Positions 1 through 10,164 of a DNA stretch of 64,000 bases are shown one piece after another (within the stretch, counting starts at the first letter, position 1; each line of letters begins with the position of its first letter). A program made the position numbers and the translations under genes. This stretch comes from Planctomycetota bacterium. GTDB lineage: Bacteria; Planctomycetota; UBA8108; SXIK01. Location of the stretch: assembly GCA_965223845.1 (NCBI GenBank), contig CBDCXR010000004.1, positions 1,984,001 to 2,048,000 on the forward strand, read 5' to 3'. The notes under the pieces were generated by a model, which made no database searches, was not told where the DNA came from, and saw only the letters and a list, made by a program, of their open reading frames with translations.

Positions 1-3000
1 TGACCTCACTCGATCCGTTCGAACGGACGCCGTCGATGACGGACACCGTGCCGCCGAGATCGATCGTCCGCGTCACGCGTCCGGTGCGGAGAGAGCGGAG
101 GCGCAGCTTGCCGTCGACTTCCGAGATCCACACGACTCCACCCTGGACGAAGAGCGGGCGGCCGACACTCGTACTCTTCCGCCAGAGCTCCGCGCCGGTC
201 GCGGTCTCGATGCACGCGAGCCCCCGGCCTTCGAACACGCCGAAGAGCCCGCCCGCTCCTGCGACCGCGCGTTGCCCGGTTTGATTGCACACCGTCGACA
301 CCGCCTCGGGCCGTCCGTTCGCCGACTCGGCGAGTTGAACCCGGTGAAGCGTGTACGGTGATCCCGTGAGCACCTCTGCAACCGCGCCCCTGCGGCGAAT
401 CCCGCCGAGAGGCGTTCCGCCGAGCGAGATCTCCCAGCGGAGCTTGCCGCTTCGGCCGTCGAGCTGACGAAGCCGCGCGTCGGTGAGCCACACGAGGGGG
501 TGAGTGTCGAGATCTACGGCGTCCGGGAACGCGTTCGAGCTCGTCGAGAGATGGAGACCGCCCCAGGTGTAGCTATTCGAGGAAAAACGAAGGAGTGCGT
601 GCGAATAGTTGTGGACCCACCTCAGCCGAAGAGTCGACCAATCCGGCGCGGTCGACGTCTCCGCCGGCGCCGCGAAGCGAAAGCCGTAGAGACCGGCTGC
701 GGTGAACAAGACGAGATAGTCGTCGCCCACGAAGACACTCGCCGGCTCTTCGAACTGAGCCGCGAGCTTCAGCTTCACCTCCGACACATCGGGATAGCCG
801 GGGAGCTCGCGTTCGAATTCCACCGTCCCACCCGGGCCGTAAACGCGCATCCGCGTACCGCAGACGGCGAACAACGCTCGCACGCCTCGGCTTCGGGGCG
901 TCTCGGGGGCGAGAAACCCCTCCTCCTTGTCAATCCAGAATCGCGGGCGATAGCGCTCGTCGCTCGGAAAGAACTCGACACTCTCGGCGTGCTCTCGGCG
1001 CGGAGCGCGCGCGCGGAACTCCTTCACCTTGCCGGCGACCTCGCCGGAGAGGTTCGGATAGGACTCCGCGAGAAACTCGAGCCGCGCCGCGGCGTCCTCC
1101 CAGGCACCCGCGCGGGCCGCGGCCCGAACGAGGAGCGCGACCACCTCGGCGCCGGCCGGAAGATGCGCGCTCGTGAGAGCTCGGCGCGAAAGCGATCTCG
1201 TCGACGCATCGGCGCGCCCCGAATTCTCCGCGAGCGCGCGATTCGCCGAATCGAACGAGCCCGCGAGCTCGGGCCAGCGACGGATGAAATCGCGGAGAAG
1301 CTCCGACGCGTAGACGGCGCAGTCGACGTCGAACCCTTCGGGAGACGTCGCGCGGGTTCGCCGCGAGCGGGACAGCTCACCGAGTGCGTCGATCACACGG
1401 GCGGCGTTCGCCGGCAGCGCCTCGGTCTCACCCTCGAGCAGCAGCGAAGCCTCGAGAAGCACGAGCGAACGTCGCGTGCCGGCCTCGAGGAGGTCGCTGT
1501 GCTCGCCGATCAACTCGGCGAGCGGGGTGGGATCTCCACCGAGTTTCGCCGCTTCGCGTGCAGTCGCGACGATCTCGCGCTCCACATCCTCGCGTAGCTT
1601 CGGCGTTCGCAGCTTCTTCCGCAGCTCGTAGTAGATCTCGAGCGCCTCGGGATAGCGCCGCTCGGCGCGAAGAAGAAGGGCCTCCTTCGAACGATCACTT
1701 CGCTGCGAATCCGCGACGCGCGTCCAGGACTCGTCCTGGGGACGAAGGGCGTGAACCGCGCCCGGGGTGCTGAGGATCACGCGGCCGCCGAGGGGCACCA
1801 GCGCCCACGCGCCCGAGTCCGGGAGACGCTTTTCGACCACGCGGATCGCGCGCGTTTCGCTCCCGTCCGTCGCGGAGAACGCAGCGATCTCGCCGTTTGC
1901 GAAGGGGAGGAGGACCTCTCCCTCGGTAAAACAGGGCATCCCGCGGAGGCGGCCGCGCTCTTCGTCCAGCGGCGGCGAGGACCAACGATCCTCGCCGTCG
2001 TCGACCGCGATCGCGAGGAGACGGTCGCCGAGCGCGAGGAAAACGTCTCCGACGACTCCCAGCGGGAAGGGCGTCCGTTCCGGTAGCGGACGATCCCAGA
2101 GAAGATCACCGCTCTCGAGATCGAGGGCGACGAGGTAGTCGCTGTCCGGAGCGGCGACGAGCACTCGGTCGCCGACGATGCTCGGGCGGCTGCTCGCGCG
2201 CGTCCCGCGAATGTGTCCACCGCGCACTCGAGATCGATAGCGCGTCTGCCAGCGGATCTCGCCGCTCGTCGCGTCCGCGCACGAGATCAGTCCATGACCG
2301 AATGAAGCGACGACGACGCTCCCGCGCGACGCCAAGCCCGGTCGCGGCACGACGGAAACGGGACGTGACCGAAGAGCGGTTTCGTGTAGCCGACGCACCC
2401 AAAGGAATCGGCCGCGCGGTGTCACGCCGACGAGACAAAAGCTCGATCGGCTTCGCGCGGGCGCGACGAGACCGGCTTCCGTCGGTACCGGTGGGCCGAG
2501 AAACGTGAGCTGACCGAGTCCGCTTCCGCGCGGCGAGCCCTCGAGCGACCAGCCGAGCTTACCGTTTCGCGCGCCGTAGGCGATGAGCGCATTCGGCGAA
2601 AACCGGTACCCGCCTCCGGTGTAGACGCCCATGGCGCGCCGGTCGATTCCGACGACGATCGCTTCGCCCGCCGACCCGGCCTCGGCCCCGCCGGAGGTGG
2701 ATCCTGCCGGAGCCCCGCCGCCGTCCTCTTCGAATCGGAAGAGCATGAGCGAAGGGTCTCCGGCGACAAACCCGCGGACGAGCGTCCCTACGGATTCGTT
2801 TCCGATCCAGCGGATCTTTCCGGTGCTCACCTCGAGCGCGACGATCGCGTCGGGAGCGTTTTCGGCGCCCCGAACGAAGACGAGGCCGTCCGCGCCGACG
2901 ACCGACGGGGGTGGCAGTGCCGTCTTCGCCGACCGCTGCGGGGGAAACGTCCACGCGACGTGGCTTCCGAGCGCGGACGGAGGTCCATCGATGCGAGCCG

Positions 3001-4075
3001 CTCGGCCGTCGAAAGAACCGTCCGGACTGAGCCACGCGTCGCGACCCGAGTCGAGCTCGGGCGAGCGACGAAACGCCCGCGAGGCCAACTCGACGAAGAG
3101 GGGATCCTGCCCGACATCGCGCCCGAGGACGCCGGCGCCGCGGACGAGGACGACATCGTCCCCGTACTGCTCCGCGAGCTCCGCGAGCGCGGCGGACGCA
3201 CGGGATCGGTTCCCCGCGAGAAGCTGGGCGGCCGCGAGCTGCGCGAGGATGTTCCGCCGCGGGGTGTCTTCGCCATCGAACGGAAGACGAAGCCGAGACT
3301 CGAACGCCGCGGCGGCGGCCGCGGGACGCCCGGCGTCGAGCTGTCTCAGTGCGAGCTCTTCCCAAGCGCGTCGACCCGACGGCGCGAGGGCGTGCCGCAG
3401 TGCGACCGAGCGAAGTCGCCGAACTCGCGTGTCGGGACCGAGGCGGTCGAGTTCGCGAAGCGCCGACGCTGCGGCCGGCTCATAGGTTCGGACGTACGCC
3501 GCGCGGACCTCCGCGTCGAGTCCGCTCAGCTCGTCGAGGATCGCCGTCTCGAGCGGACGGAACACGATCCCGTCGGCACTCGTGAGCACGTCGGCGAGGG
3601 TAAAGTCGGGATCGACCTCGCTGCCGTCCATAGAGGCCATCGGCTGCGGGGCGGGAAGATTGGGCGCCGCGCCGACCCCACCCGCCGGCTTCGCGGGGCG
3701 ATCGATCCGCCGGCTCGCACCTCCGGCGAGCGCTTCGCAGAGCTCGGCGTACGCATCGAATGCGCGCGTCCACTCGCGCCGTCGCGCGTGGTCTCGAGCC
3801 GTGCGGAGGACTCCGTCCGTCGACGAGTCGACAATCGGTTCCACATCGCCGCGAAACTCGCGCGGGACGCGCGACGCGTCGGGGGCGTCTTCGCTGCTCG
3901 CGTCCGCAGGAGCGTCTCCACCGCCGGTCGCGCTCTCGGCCACTTCATCGGCGAACGCGATCCGCGCTGGCGGGCCGACTCTCCCCGCCGTCGACACGAG
4001 ACCGATCGCGACCATGATGATCGCCTTGCGCCAACGACAGGTCTCGCGCGCGTTCGACGGATCGGGACTCGACAA
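1..4075 (-). CDS. Large secreted PQQ-like beta-propeller repeat / TPR-like protein; 3' end runs off the window
   Basis: Not in the ORF track because no stop falls inside the window. Hand translation of several minus-strand segments in one frame gives propeller motifs (AIVALEVSTGKIRW, LIAYGARNGKLGW, CADATSGEIRW, LDGRSGKLRW, CIETATGAELW), helical segments (YPEALEIYYEL) and a hydrophobic N-terminal stretch (KAIIMVAIGLVSTAG). TTG start at 4075 has GAGGAG 7 nt upstream; in-frame TAA near 4178. Not every codon was checked. Confidence 0.75.
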   Translation of the reverse strand, partial: MSSPDPSNARETCRWRKAIIMVAIGLVSTAGRVGPPARIAFADEVAESATGGGDAPADASSEDAPDASRVPREFRGDVEPIVDSSTDGVLRTARDHARRREWTRAFDAYAELCEALAGGASRRIDRPAKPAGGVGAAPNLPAPQPMASMDGSEVDPDFTLADVLTSADGIVFRPLETAILDELSGLDAEVRAAYVRTYEPAAASALRELDRLGPDTRVRRLRSVALRHALAPSGRRAWEELALRQLDAGRPAAAAAAFESRLRLPFDGEDTPRRNILAQLAAAQLLAGNRSRASAALAELAEQYGDDVVLVRGAGVLGRDVGQDPLFVELASRAFRRSPELDSGRDAWLSPDGSFDGRAARIDGPPSALGSHVAWTFPPQRSAKTALPPPSVVGADGLVFVRGAENAPDAIVALEVSTGKIRWIGNESVGTLVRGFVAGDPSLMLFRFEEDGGGAPAGSTSGGAEAGSAGEAIVVGIDRRAMGVYTGGGYRFSPNALIAYGARNGKLGWSLEGSPRGSGLGQLTFLGPPVPTEAGLVAPARSRSSFCLVGVTPRGRFLWVRRLHETALRSRPVSVVPRPGLASRGSVVVASFGHGLISCADATSGEIRWQTRYRSRVRGGHIRGTRASSRPSIVGDRVLVAAPDSDYLVALDLESGDLLWDRPLPERTPFPLGVVGDVFLALGDRLLAIAVDDGEDRWSSPPLDEERGRLRGMPCFTEGEVLLPFANGEIAAFSATDGSETRAIRVVEKRLPDSGAWALVPLGGRVILSTPGAVHALRPQDESWTRVADSQRSDRSKEALLLRAERRYPEALEIYYELRKKLRTPKLREDVEREIVATAREAAKLGGDPTPLAELIGEHSDLLEAGTRRSLVLLEASLLLEGETEALPANAARVIDALGELSRSRRTRATSPEGFDVDCAVYASELLRDFIRRWPELAGSFDSANRALAENSGRADASTRSLSRRALTSAHLPAGAEVVALLVRAAARAGAWEDAAARLEFLAESYPNLSGEVAGKVKEFRARAPRREHAESVEFFPSDERYRPRFWIDKEEGFLAPETPRSRGVRALFAVCGTRMRVYGPGGTVEFERELPGYPDVSEVKLKLAAQFEEPASVFVGDDYLVLFTAAGLYGFRFAAPAETSTAPDWSTLRLRWVHNYSHALLRFSSNSYTWGGLHLSTSSNAFPDAVDLDTHPLVWLTDARLRQLDGRSGKLRWEISLGGTPLGGIRRRGAVAEVLTGSPYTLHRVQLAESANGRPEAVSTVCNQTGQRAVAGAGGLFGVFEGRGLACIETATGAELWRKSTSVGRPLFVQGGVVWISEVDGKLRLRSLRTGRVTRTIDLGGTVSVIDGVRSNGSSEV

Positions 4076-4242
4076 CGCTCGTCTCCTCGAGCAGCGCCAG
4101 TTTGCGGCGGCACCCCGCTGCGTCCGAGTGCCGGAAGACGTCGAATCCACCGTTCGGCACGCGTCTCTACGAGACCGTTATCGTACGCGTTCACGCCCGG
4201 AGCGCCACAAAATCGAGGCCCTTCGGCGAGCACCGCTCGATC

Positions 4243-4965
4243 TCAGTCGCCCAGCCACCCACCGAACGACATTTCGGGAACGAGATAGTGGAGTACCGCG
4301 CGCCCGAGGCAGACGACGAGCACGACGAGCGCCCCGATTCCGGGCCGTCGCCACTTTGCGGCCGTCGCGCTCGCGGTGTAGTGCTCCGAGAACCATCCGA
4401 ACACCGCCCCGCAGAGAAACCCGCCGAGGTGGGCGACGTGATCGATCGGGAGCGGAACGAGGACGAGCGCGATCATGAAGATCACCCAGCGACGAATGGC
4501 GGCGATCGCCTCGTAGTCGCGGTAGCGAAGCGCGCGCCCGAGCGACACTCCGACCATGCCGCAGAGCGCTCCCGACGCGCCGACGGAAAAGCCGCGCTGG
4601 ACGAAGAACGAAGCGACGCCAGCCGCGATCCCACACACGAGATACACGAGGAGAAACCGCCACGAGCTGAGGATGGACTCGCACTGGTGACCGACGCTGA
4701 AGAGGAACGCCATATTGAACGCGAGATGGATCAGCCCGCCGTGGAGGAACGCGTAGGAGACCGCCCGCCAGTACTCTCCGCTCTCGACGAAGGTCGGAGT
4801 CACGGCGCCGAGCTGGACGTAGACACCGCCGTGGAATCCGAAGAGCGGATTCGGTACCGAGCCCGTCCCCTTGACGTGCGCGATGAAACTCAGACCGAAG
4901 AACGCGACGTTGACGAGGAGGAGATAGGACGTCGCGGGAAAGAGCTCGTAAAACTTCCGTCGCAT
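4243..4965 (-). CDS. Rhomboid family intramembrane serine protease
   Basis: Motifs YWR, FLHGGLIHLAFNM, catalytic GASG and AHLGG; multiple TM segments. Confidence 0.92.
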   Translation of the reverse strand: MRRKFYELFPATSYLLLVNVAFFGLSFIAHVKGTGSVPNPLFGFHGGVYVQLGAVTPTFVESGEYWRAVSYAFLHGGLIHLAFNMAFLFSVGHQCESILSSWRFLLVYLVCGIAAGVASFFVQRGFSVGASGALCGMVGVSLGRALRYRDYEAIAAIRRWVIFMIALVLVPLPIDHVAHLGGFLCGAVFGWFSEHYTASATAAKWRRPGIGALVVLVVCLGRAVLHYLVPEMSFGGWLGD

Positions 4966-5171
4966 TCACGCCCCCGGTGGATCGTCGCGTGCGCGTCGCG
5001 CCGGCTGTTCGGCGCGCTCCGTCCGCGCGGACGAGCGGCCTCCGTGGCGCCTCCCTCCCGCGGCGGCTGAATGATAGCGCGGACGAACACGAGTCTCCAG
5101 GTCGCCCCGGCGACGCCGAGTCGAGCCCCGCGCTGTTGACCGTGAGTGGCGCGCAAGCGATCCTGCGCGGC

Positions 5172-6272
5172 ATGAACGAACGCGACGAGTCCCGCGAGCT
5201 CGACGAAATCCTGCGAGGAGTGAGTCGCAGCATCTACCTCACGCTCAAGGTGGCGCCGAGAGCGATGCGCCCGGCGCTCGGTGTCGGCTATCTCTTTTGC
5301 CGCGCCGCGGACACGATCGCAGACACCCGTCTCATCCCTCGCGGCGCTCGACTCGATGCGCTCGCGCGCTTTCGCGAGCAGTTCAGTAGGCCGTCGATCG
5401 ACGTCGATGCCCTGCGAGCGATCGGCGAGAGAGTCGGCGCTCCGCAGGAAAACCCGGACGAGCGAGCACTGCTCCGCTCGCTCGTCCCGTGCTTCCGCGC
5501 GTACCTCCGGCTCTCGCCGGCCGATCGGGATCGTCTCGCCCGGCTCGTCTCCACGCTGACGAGTGGAATGGAGATGGATCTCCGGTTCTTTCCGCCGGAG
5601 GAGAGCGGAGTCGTCCGCGCTCTTCCCTCGGACGCAGCGCTCGATCTCTACACGTATCACGTCGCGGGCTGCGTGGGGGAGTTCTGGACCGAGCTCCAGC
5701 TCGCGCACCGGCCTTCGCTCGCGATGTGGAATCCATCGATCATGGCGGACCTCGGCGTCCGCTTCGGGAAGGGACTCCAGATGACGAATATCCTCCGCGA
5801 CCTTCCCGCCGATCTCGCGATCGGGAGATGCTACCTCCCCGAGCCGGCGCTCGAATCGGTGGGAGTGAGCGTCGACGATCTGGCCGCGCGCGCCGGGCTC
5901 GAGCGGCTGCGTCCCGTCGTCCTCGATCTCATCGCGCGCACTCTCGCGCTCTATCGCTCGGGCTGGGAGTACGTCACGGCGATACCTCGGCGGGAGGTGC
6001 GGCTCCGACTCGCGTGCGCGTGGCCGCTCCTCATCGGGCTCGAAACCTTCGCGAGGCTCGCCGCGAGCGAGGATCCCTACGCCCCAGGCGAGCACCACAA
6101 GATCTCCCGGACCGACGTCTACCGCATCATCCGCCAGTCGGCGGTCCGCGCAGCCTCGACTCGGAAGCTCTCTCGTCTCTACGACGAGCGCGAGGCGCGC
6201 GTTCTCGCCCACGTCGCCGGGCCCTACCGCGCGAACGGAATCGCCCTTCCCGCTGCAAGGTCGCCCAGATAA
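5172..6272 (+). CDS. Squalene/phytoene synthase family protein (farnesyl-diphosphate farnesyltransferase-like)
   Basis: VSRSIYLTL, YLFCRAADTIAD, YTYHVAGCVG, FGKGLQMTNILRD, GRCYLP. Start uncertain (ATG 5172; the ORF is open from 4977). Confidence 0.88.
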   Translation: MNERDESRELDEILRGVSRSIYLTLKVAPRAMRPALGVGYLFCRAADTIADTRLIPRGARLDALARFREQFSRPSIDVDALRAIGERVGAPQENPDERALLRSLVPCFRAYLRLSPADRDRLARLVSTLTSGMEMDLRFFPPEESGVVRALPSDAALDLYTYHVAGCVGEFWTELQLAHRPSLAMWNPSIMADLGVRFGKGLQMTNILRDLPADLAIGRCYLPEPALESVGVSVDDLAARAGLERLRPVVLDLIARTLALYRSGWEYVTAIPRREVRLRLACAWPLLIGLETFARLAASEDPYAPGEHHKISRTDVYRIIRQSAVRAASTRKLSRLYDEREARVLAHVAGPYRANGIALPAARSPR

Positions 6273-6462
6273 AATGGCGGTTCTGCCGCGGGAGCTGACC
6301 GAACATCGTCCTCGGCCTCGGTCGATCTACCGAGCTCGGCCGACCTCCAGAGGACGCCCGAGAACGACGCCGGCGGCCCGTGTCTCCCAGATTTCGAGCT
6401 CACCGCCTACCCGCCGCGACACCCGCGAACTCACTGCGACTCCCCCCGGAGGTAATTCGACG

Positions 6463-6891
6463 ATGCTCTCCAAGGTCGAACGGTTTTGGATCGCCTTCAT
6501 CCTGCGATTCGCGTTTGGTTTCTTCTTCCTTTTCGCGGCGCTCAACATCTTCGACCACGGGCCCGAGGCGTTCTCGCAGGCGCTCGCGAAGCCGTTCGAG
6601 TCGACGTGGCTCTGGAAGGTCGGCGGGGATGCGTTCATCGACAAGTTCCTGTACGGCATGCCGTTCGTGTTCGCGGCGCTCAGTGTTCCGATCTTGACGG
6701 GGATCTTCCTGAAGCCGGCGCTCCGTCTCGGCGCGCTGCTCTTCGTCTGCCTCGGCCTCGGGAAATACATCCAAAACGCGAACGAGCTCGCGACCACCGC
6801 GTCCGATTTCTCGTTCGCCCTGATGATTTGTCTCGGGCTCTACGCGCTGGGACGTTCGGAGGACGACTCGCCGAAGGAGCTCGGCGCCTGA
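6463..6891 (+). CDS. DoxX-like membrane protein
   Basis: GGAGGT RBS before ATG 6463; about 4 TM helices; LRxxxGxxF start typical of DoxX; lies directly upstream of apbE. Confidence 0.6.
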   Translation: MLSKVERFWIAFILRFAFGFFFLFAALNIFDHGPEAFSQALAKPFESTWLWKVGGDAFIDKFLYGMPFVFAALSVPILTGIFLKPALRLGALLFVCLGLGKYIQNANELATTASDFSFALMICLGLYALGRSEDDSPKELGA

Positions 6892-6921
6892 TCAGCTCGA
6901 GCGAGCCGAAGAGGAGTCGGC

Positions 6922-7947
6922 GTGAACGCGCTCCCCGCCCTCGAGACTTACGATGCGGACTCGGAGCTCTTTCGCTTTTCGTTCCCGGCGATGGGAACGG
7001 AGAACGTCTTCCTTCTCGGCGGCGCCGACGAGGCGACGCTCAAGGCGGCGGCGCAGGAGGGGTACTCGATCGTCGATCGTCTCGAGGAGAAGCTCTCGAA
7101 GTTTCTCCCCGAGAGTGACGTGTCACTGATCGCTCGCTCCGCGGCGGGAAGTCCGGTTCGGGTTGGAGACGATACCTTCCACGTCCTCGAGCTCGCGCGC
7201 GAAGCCTGGGAGCTGACGGGCGGAGTGTTCGACCCGACGGTCGCGCCGCTCCTCAAGGCCTGGGGTTTCATCGATCTCGAGGCGCGCGTGCCGGATGATG
7301 CGGAGATCGCTCGACTCCGCGAGTCGCGGGGCATGGATCGCGTCGTTCTCGATCGTGATGGCTCGACCGTGACGCTCGAACGACCGGGAATCGAGCTCGA
7401 TCTCGGCGGAATCGGGAAGGGGTACGCGGCGGACCGGGTCGTCGAGGAGATGCGCCGCCGGGGGGTCGGCTGCGGGGCGATCGTCCTCGGTCGTTCGACG
7501 ATCGTCGTCTGGGGCTGTCCGCCGGAAGGCGGCCGCTGGCGAGTGGTGATCGCGCACCCCGAGCGAAGGGACGACACGATTGCGACCCTCGACGTGACGC
7601 CGGGCGTGCTCTCTTCGTCGAGCGCGGCGGAGAGGCATCTCAAAAGCGGGGGGAAGACCTACGGTCACGTGCTCGACCCCCGCACGGGACGTCCGTCGGC
7701 AACGCCCGTTCGAAGCACGACTGTCTGGACGAACGCTGGCGTCCTCGGCGATGTCCTGTCGACGTCGCTCTTCATCCTCGGCGAGAGCGCGCTCGCGCCC
7801 GGCGGGTGTGCGGAAGCGCTCGCGCGCAAGTGGGCGAGCGAGCTTCGGGTGGGGGCGTTCCTCGTCACGGAATCGACGGAGAGCTGGGGCGGACTCGCGA
7901 CGTCGACTCGCTTCCTCGGGGCGCCGACCTTCGGCGTCACCGAATAG
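6922..7947 (+). CDS. apbE: FAD:protein FMN transferase (ApbE)
   Basis: AMGT, LSxFxxxSDVS, GxFDPTV, DLGGIGKGYAAD, GHVLDPRTG, and a D-x-LSTSLF motif. Confidence 0.92.
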   Translation: MNALPALETYDADSELFRFSFPAMGTENVFLLGGADEATLKAAAQEGYSIVDRLEEKLSKFLPESDVSLIARSAAGSPVRVGDDTFHVLELAREAWELTGGVFDPTVAPLLKAWGFIDLEARVPDDAEIARLRESRGMDRVVLDRDGSTVTLERPGIELDLGGIGKGYAADRVVEEMRRRGVGCGAIVLGRSTIVVWGCPPEGGRWRVVIAHPERRDDTIATLDVTPGVLSSSSAAERHLKSGGKTYGHVLDPRTGRPSATPVRSTTVWTNAGVLGDVLSTSLFILGESALAPGGCAEALARKWASELRVGAFLVTESTESWGGLATSTRFLGAPTFGVTE

Positions 7948-8197
7948 AACCCGAAGGTCGACGGAGTCGAGCGCGGGCGCGACAATCATGCGTCTACGTT
8001 TTACCCGCGGCGTTCGGGCGGTAGAATCTGGTGCCATCTCCGGGCTAAACTGGTACTGGCAGAACGTCGGCGTGGGCGCTGCCGGAGTCGCGCGCCCGCC
8101 CCGCTCGAGAATTGAATTTCATCCCGCTCGGGCCGTCCCTCTTCCGAGCGCATCTCGCGCCCGCGAGCGAGTCGAGACGACCGCGGAAGGAGTCTTC

Positions 8198-9781
8198 ATG
8201 AGTGCAGAACACGACAACGACGACGTCTACGTGAGCGCGGACGACGGTGTCGACCGCCGCGAGTTCATCGGGAGCGCAGCGCTCACGACGGCCGGCGTGG
8301 TCGCGGCCGGAATCTCGGCGTTTCAGTTCTCACAGAAAGAGCCCCCGCCCGACACCTCGAAGCTCGTCGGCAACAAGGTACGCCTCGGCTTCATCGGCGT
8401 GGGCCGGCGGGGAGGAGCGCTTCTCCGGAGTGCGGTCCAGGTGCCCGGGAACGATGTCGTCGCGGTCTGCGATCTCCAGGAGGGGGCGCGAAACGCCGCG
8501 AAGCGGGACGTCGAGAAGGCGTACAAAGCCGGAAATCAGCTCGCCGATGTCCGGCTCTTCGAGGACTACCACGAGCTGCTCAAGGACGAGAATATCGAGG
8601 CGGTGTTCATCGCGACACCTCAGTACCTCCACGGGCCGATGGCGCTCGACGCGCTCGAGGCCGGAAAGCACGTCTACTGCGAGAAGGCACTCGCGCTCAC
8701 GATCGGTGAGAATCGGGCGATCCTGAACGCGGTGAAGAAGCGCGGCTCGCAGGTATTCCAGGTCGGCCACCAGCGCCACTACTCACCCCTCTATCGCAAG
8801 GTCGCCGAGCTCGTTCACGGTGACCGAATCGGTGACGTGGCGGCGATCCGCGCACAGTGGAATCGAAACGACCTCGTCCGCCGGCCGTGCGCCGATCCGG
8901 CGCTCGAGAAGATCGTCAACTGGCGTCTCTATTCGGAGCTGTCGGGCGGTCTCACGACCGAGTTCGCGAGCCATCAAATCGATGTCGCGAACTGGCTTCT
9001 CGGCACGCACCCGGACTCCGTGGCGGGATTCGGCGGAGTCGATTGGTACGAGGACGGACGGGACACCGAGGACAACGTCCACATCATCTTCAACTACAAG
9101 GTCCCGGTCGCGAAGCGAAACGCCTACGGGGAGCTCGTCTACAAGGACGGCGAGAACGGAACCGATCTCGAATACGAGATGGAGCCGGACGGCCGCGTGA
9201 AGCGGCGCGACGTGCGCTTCTCCTACATGTCGGTGATGCAGAACGCGCATCTCGGGCCGTCGGAGCTCATCCTCGGACAGTACGGAACGCTCGAAGTGTC
9301 GCTCCAGGGCGGAGAGTTCTTCAAAGAGAAGAAAGCGCGCATCGACAAGAATCGGCAGAAGGAAGGGACGAACCCGCGTCGCGCCCTGCAGAAGAAGGTG
9401 CTCGTCTCGGGGTCGACCGTCGATCCGACGACCGCGGGAATCCCGCGGAAGAAAGGCGATCCACTCAAGTCCGAGGTGCGCGAGGGGGAGCGCTGGGTCG
9501 ACTTCACCGGCAACGTCGCGGGCGCGTACGACAAGCACGAGACCATGCTCGCGATTCACGGCTTCCTCCAGAGCATTCGCACGGCGCGGACCGATCCCGC
9601 GAGCTACAGCTACGAGCAGGTGCCGGCGAACGTCGCGGTGGGCGTCTGGGGTGCGGTCCCCGCGCTGATGGCGAATATCGCGATGCGAGAGGGCCGCCTC
9701 GTCCACTGGAGCGAGTTCTTCCCCGAAGAGAAGGACGAGCCCTACTTCATGGATCGACGCGGACGGCTCCGGCAGGCATGA
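8198..9781 (+). CDS. Tat-exported Gfo/Idh/MocA family oxidoreductase
   Basis: GAAGGAG RBS; DRREFIG twin-arginine motif; GFIGVGRRG Rossmann motif; AVFIATP, GKHVYCEK, FQVGHQR, NWRLY...SGGL...SHQIDV. Confidence 0.9.
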   Translation: MSAEHDNDDVYVSADDGVDRREFIGSAALTTAGVVAAGISAFQFSQKEPPPDTSKLVGNKVRLGFIGVGRRGGALLRSAVQVPGNDVVAVCDLQEGARNAAKRDVEKAYKAGNQLADVRLFEDYHELLKDENIEAVFIATPQYLHGPMALDALEAGKHVYCEKALALTIGENRAILNAVKKRGSQVFQVGHQRHYSPLYRKVAELVHGDRIGDVAAIRAQWNRNDLVRRPCADPALEKIVNWRLYSELSGGLTTEFASHQIDVANWLLGTHPDSVAGFGGVDWYEDGRDTEDNVHIIFNYKVPVAKRNAYGELVYKDGENGTDLEYEMEPDGRVKRRDVRFSYMSVMQNAHLGPSELILGQYGTLEVSLQGGEFFKEKKARIDKNRQKEGTNPRRALQKKVLVSGSTVDPTTAGIPRKKGDPLKSEVREGERWVDFTGNVAGAYDKHETMLAIHGFLQSIRTARTDPASYSYEQVPANVAVGVWGAVPALMANIAMREGRLVHWSEFFPEEKDEPYFMDRRGRLRQA

Positions 9782-10164
9782 CGCGAACGCTCCGGCGACC
9801 GGAACCGACGAAGACACCGGTGAGCTCGTCCGCGCGTGCGGTCGTTTCGCGACGGGCGAGCGACGGGAACGGCGACGTCAGACGATTCGTCGGCTCTTCG
9901 AAAGGAAGCGACCCGCAGTGGCTCCCGGCGCTCCGCGTGAGAGGAGAACCGCGCGTGGAGCCGCGCTGAGAACGGACGCTCGAGATCGACGTCGCCGTCT
10001 CAGCCGACAGAGCCCCGGAGATCGTCGTGCGCGCCACAACGGGCGGGGTACCTTGATGAGCGAGCGTCCCGTTCCCGAGTCTTCTTCTTCGCGTCGCGCG
10101 ACGGATTTCTGTCCATACGCCGAACCCGCGCTCGGGCCTAAACGCTAGCCTATGAACTCGAGTC

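Noticed and set aside
500-4478. Long plus-strand ORFs (500..1597, 2960..4288, 3582..4478)
   Set aside because: Antisense shadows of the minus-strand propeller gene, typical of high-GC DNA. The same applies to most Arg-rich ORFs in the track (e.g. 22402..24216, 24255..26600).
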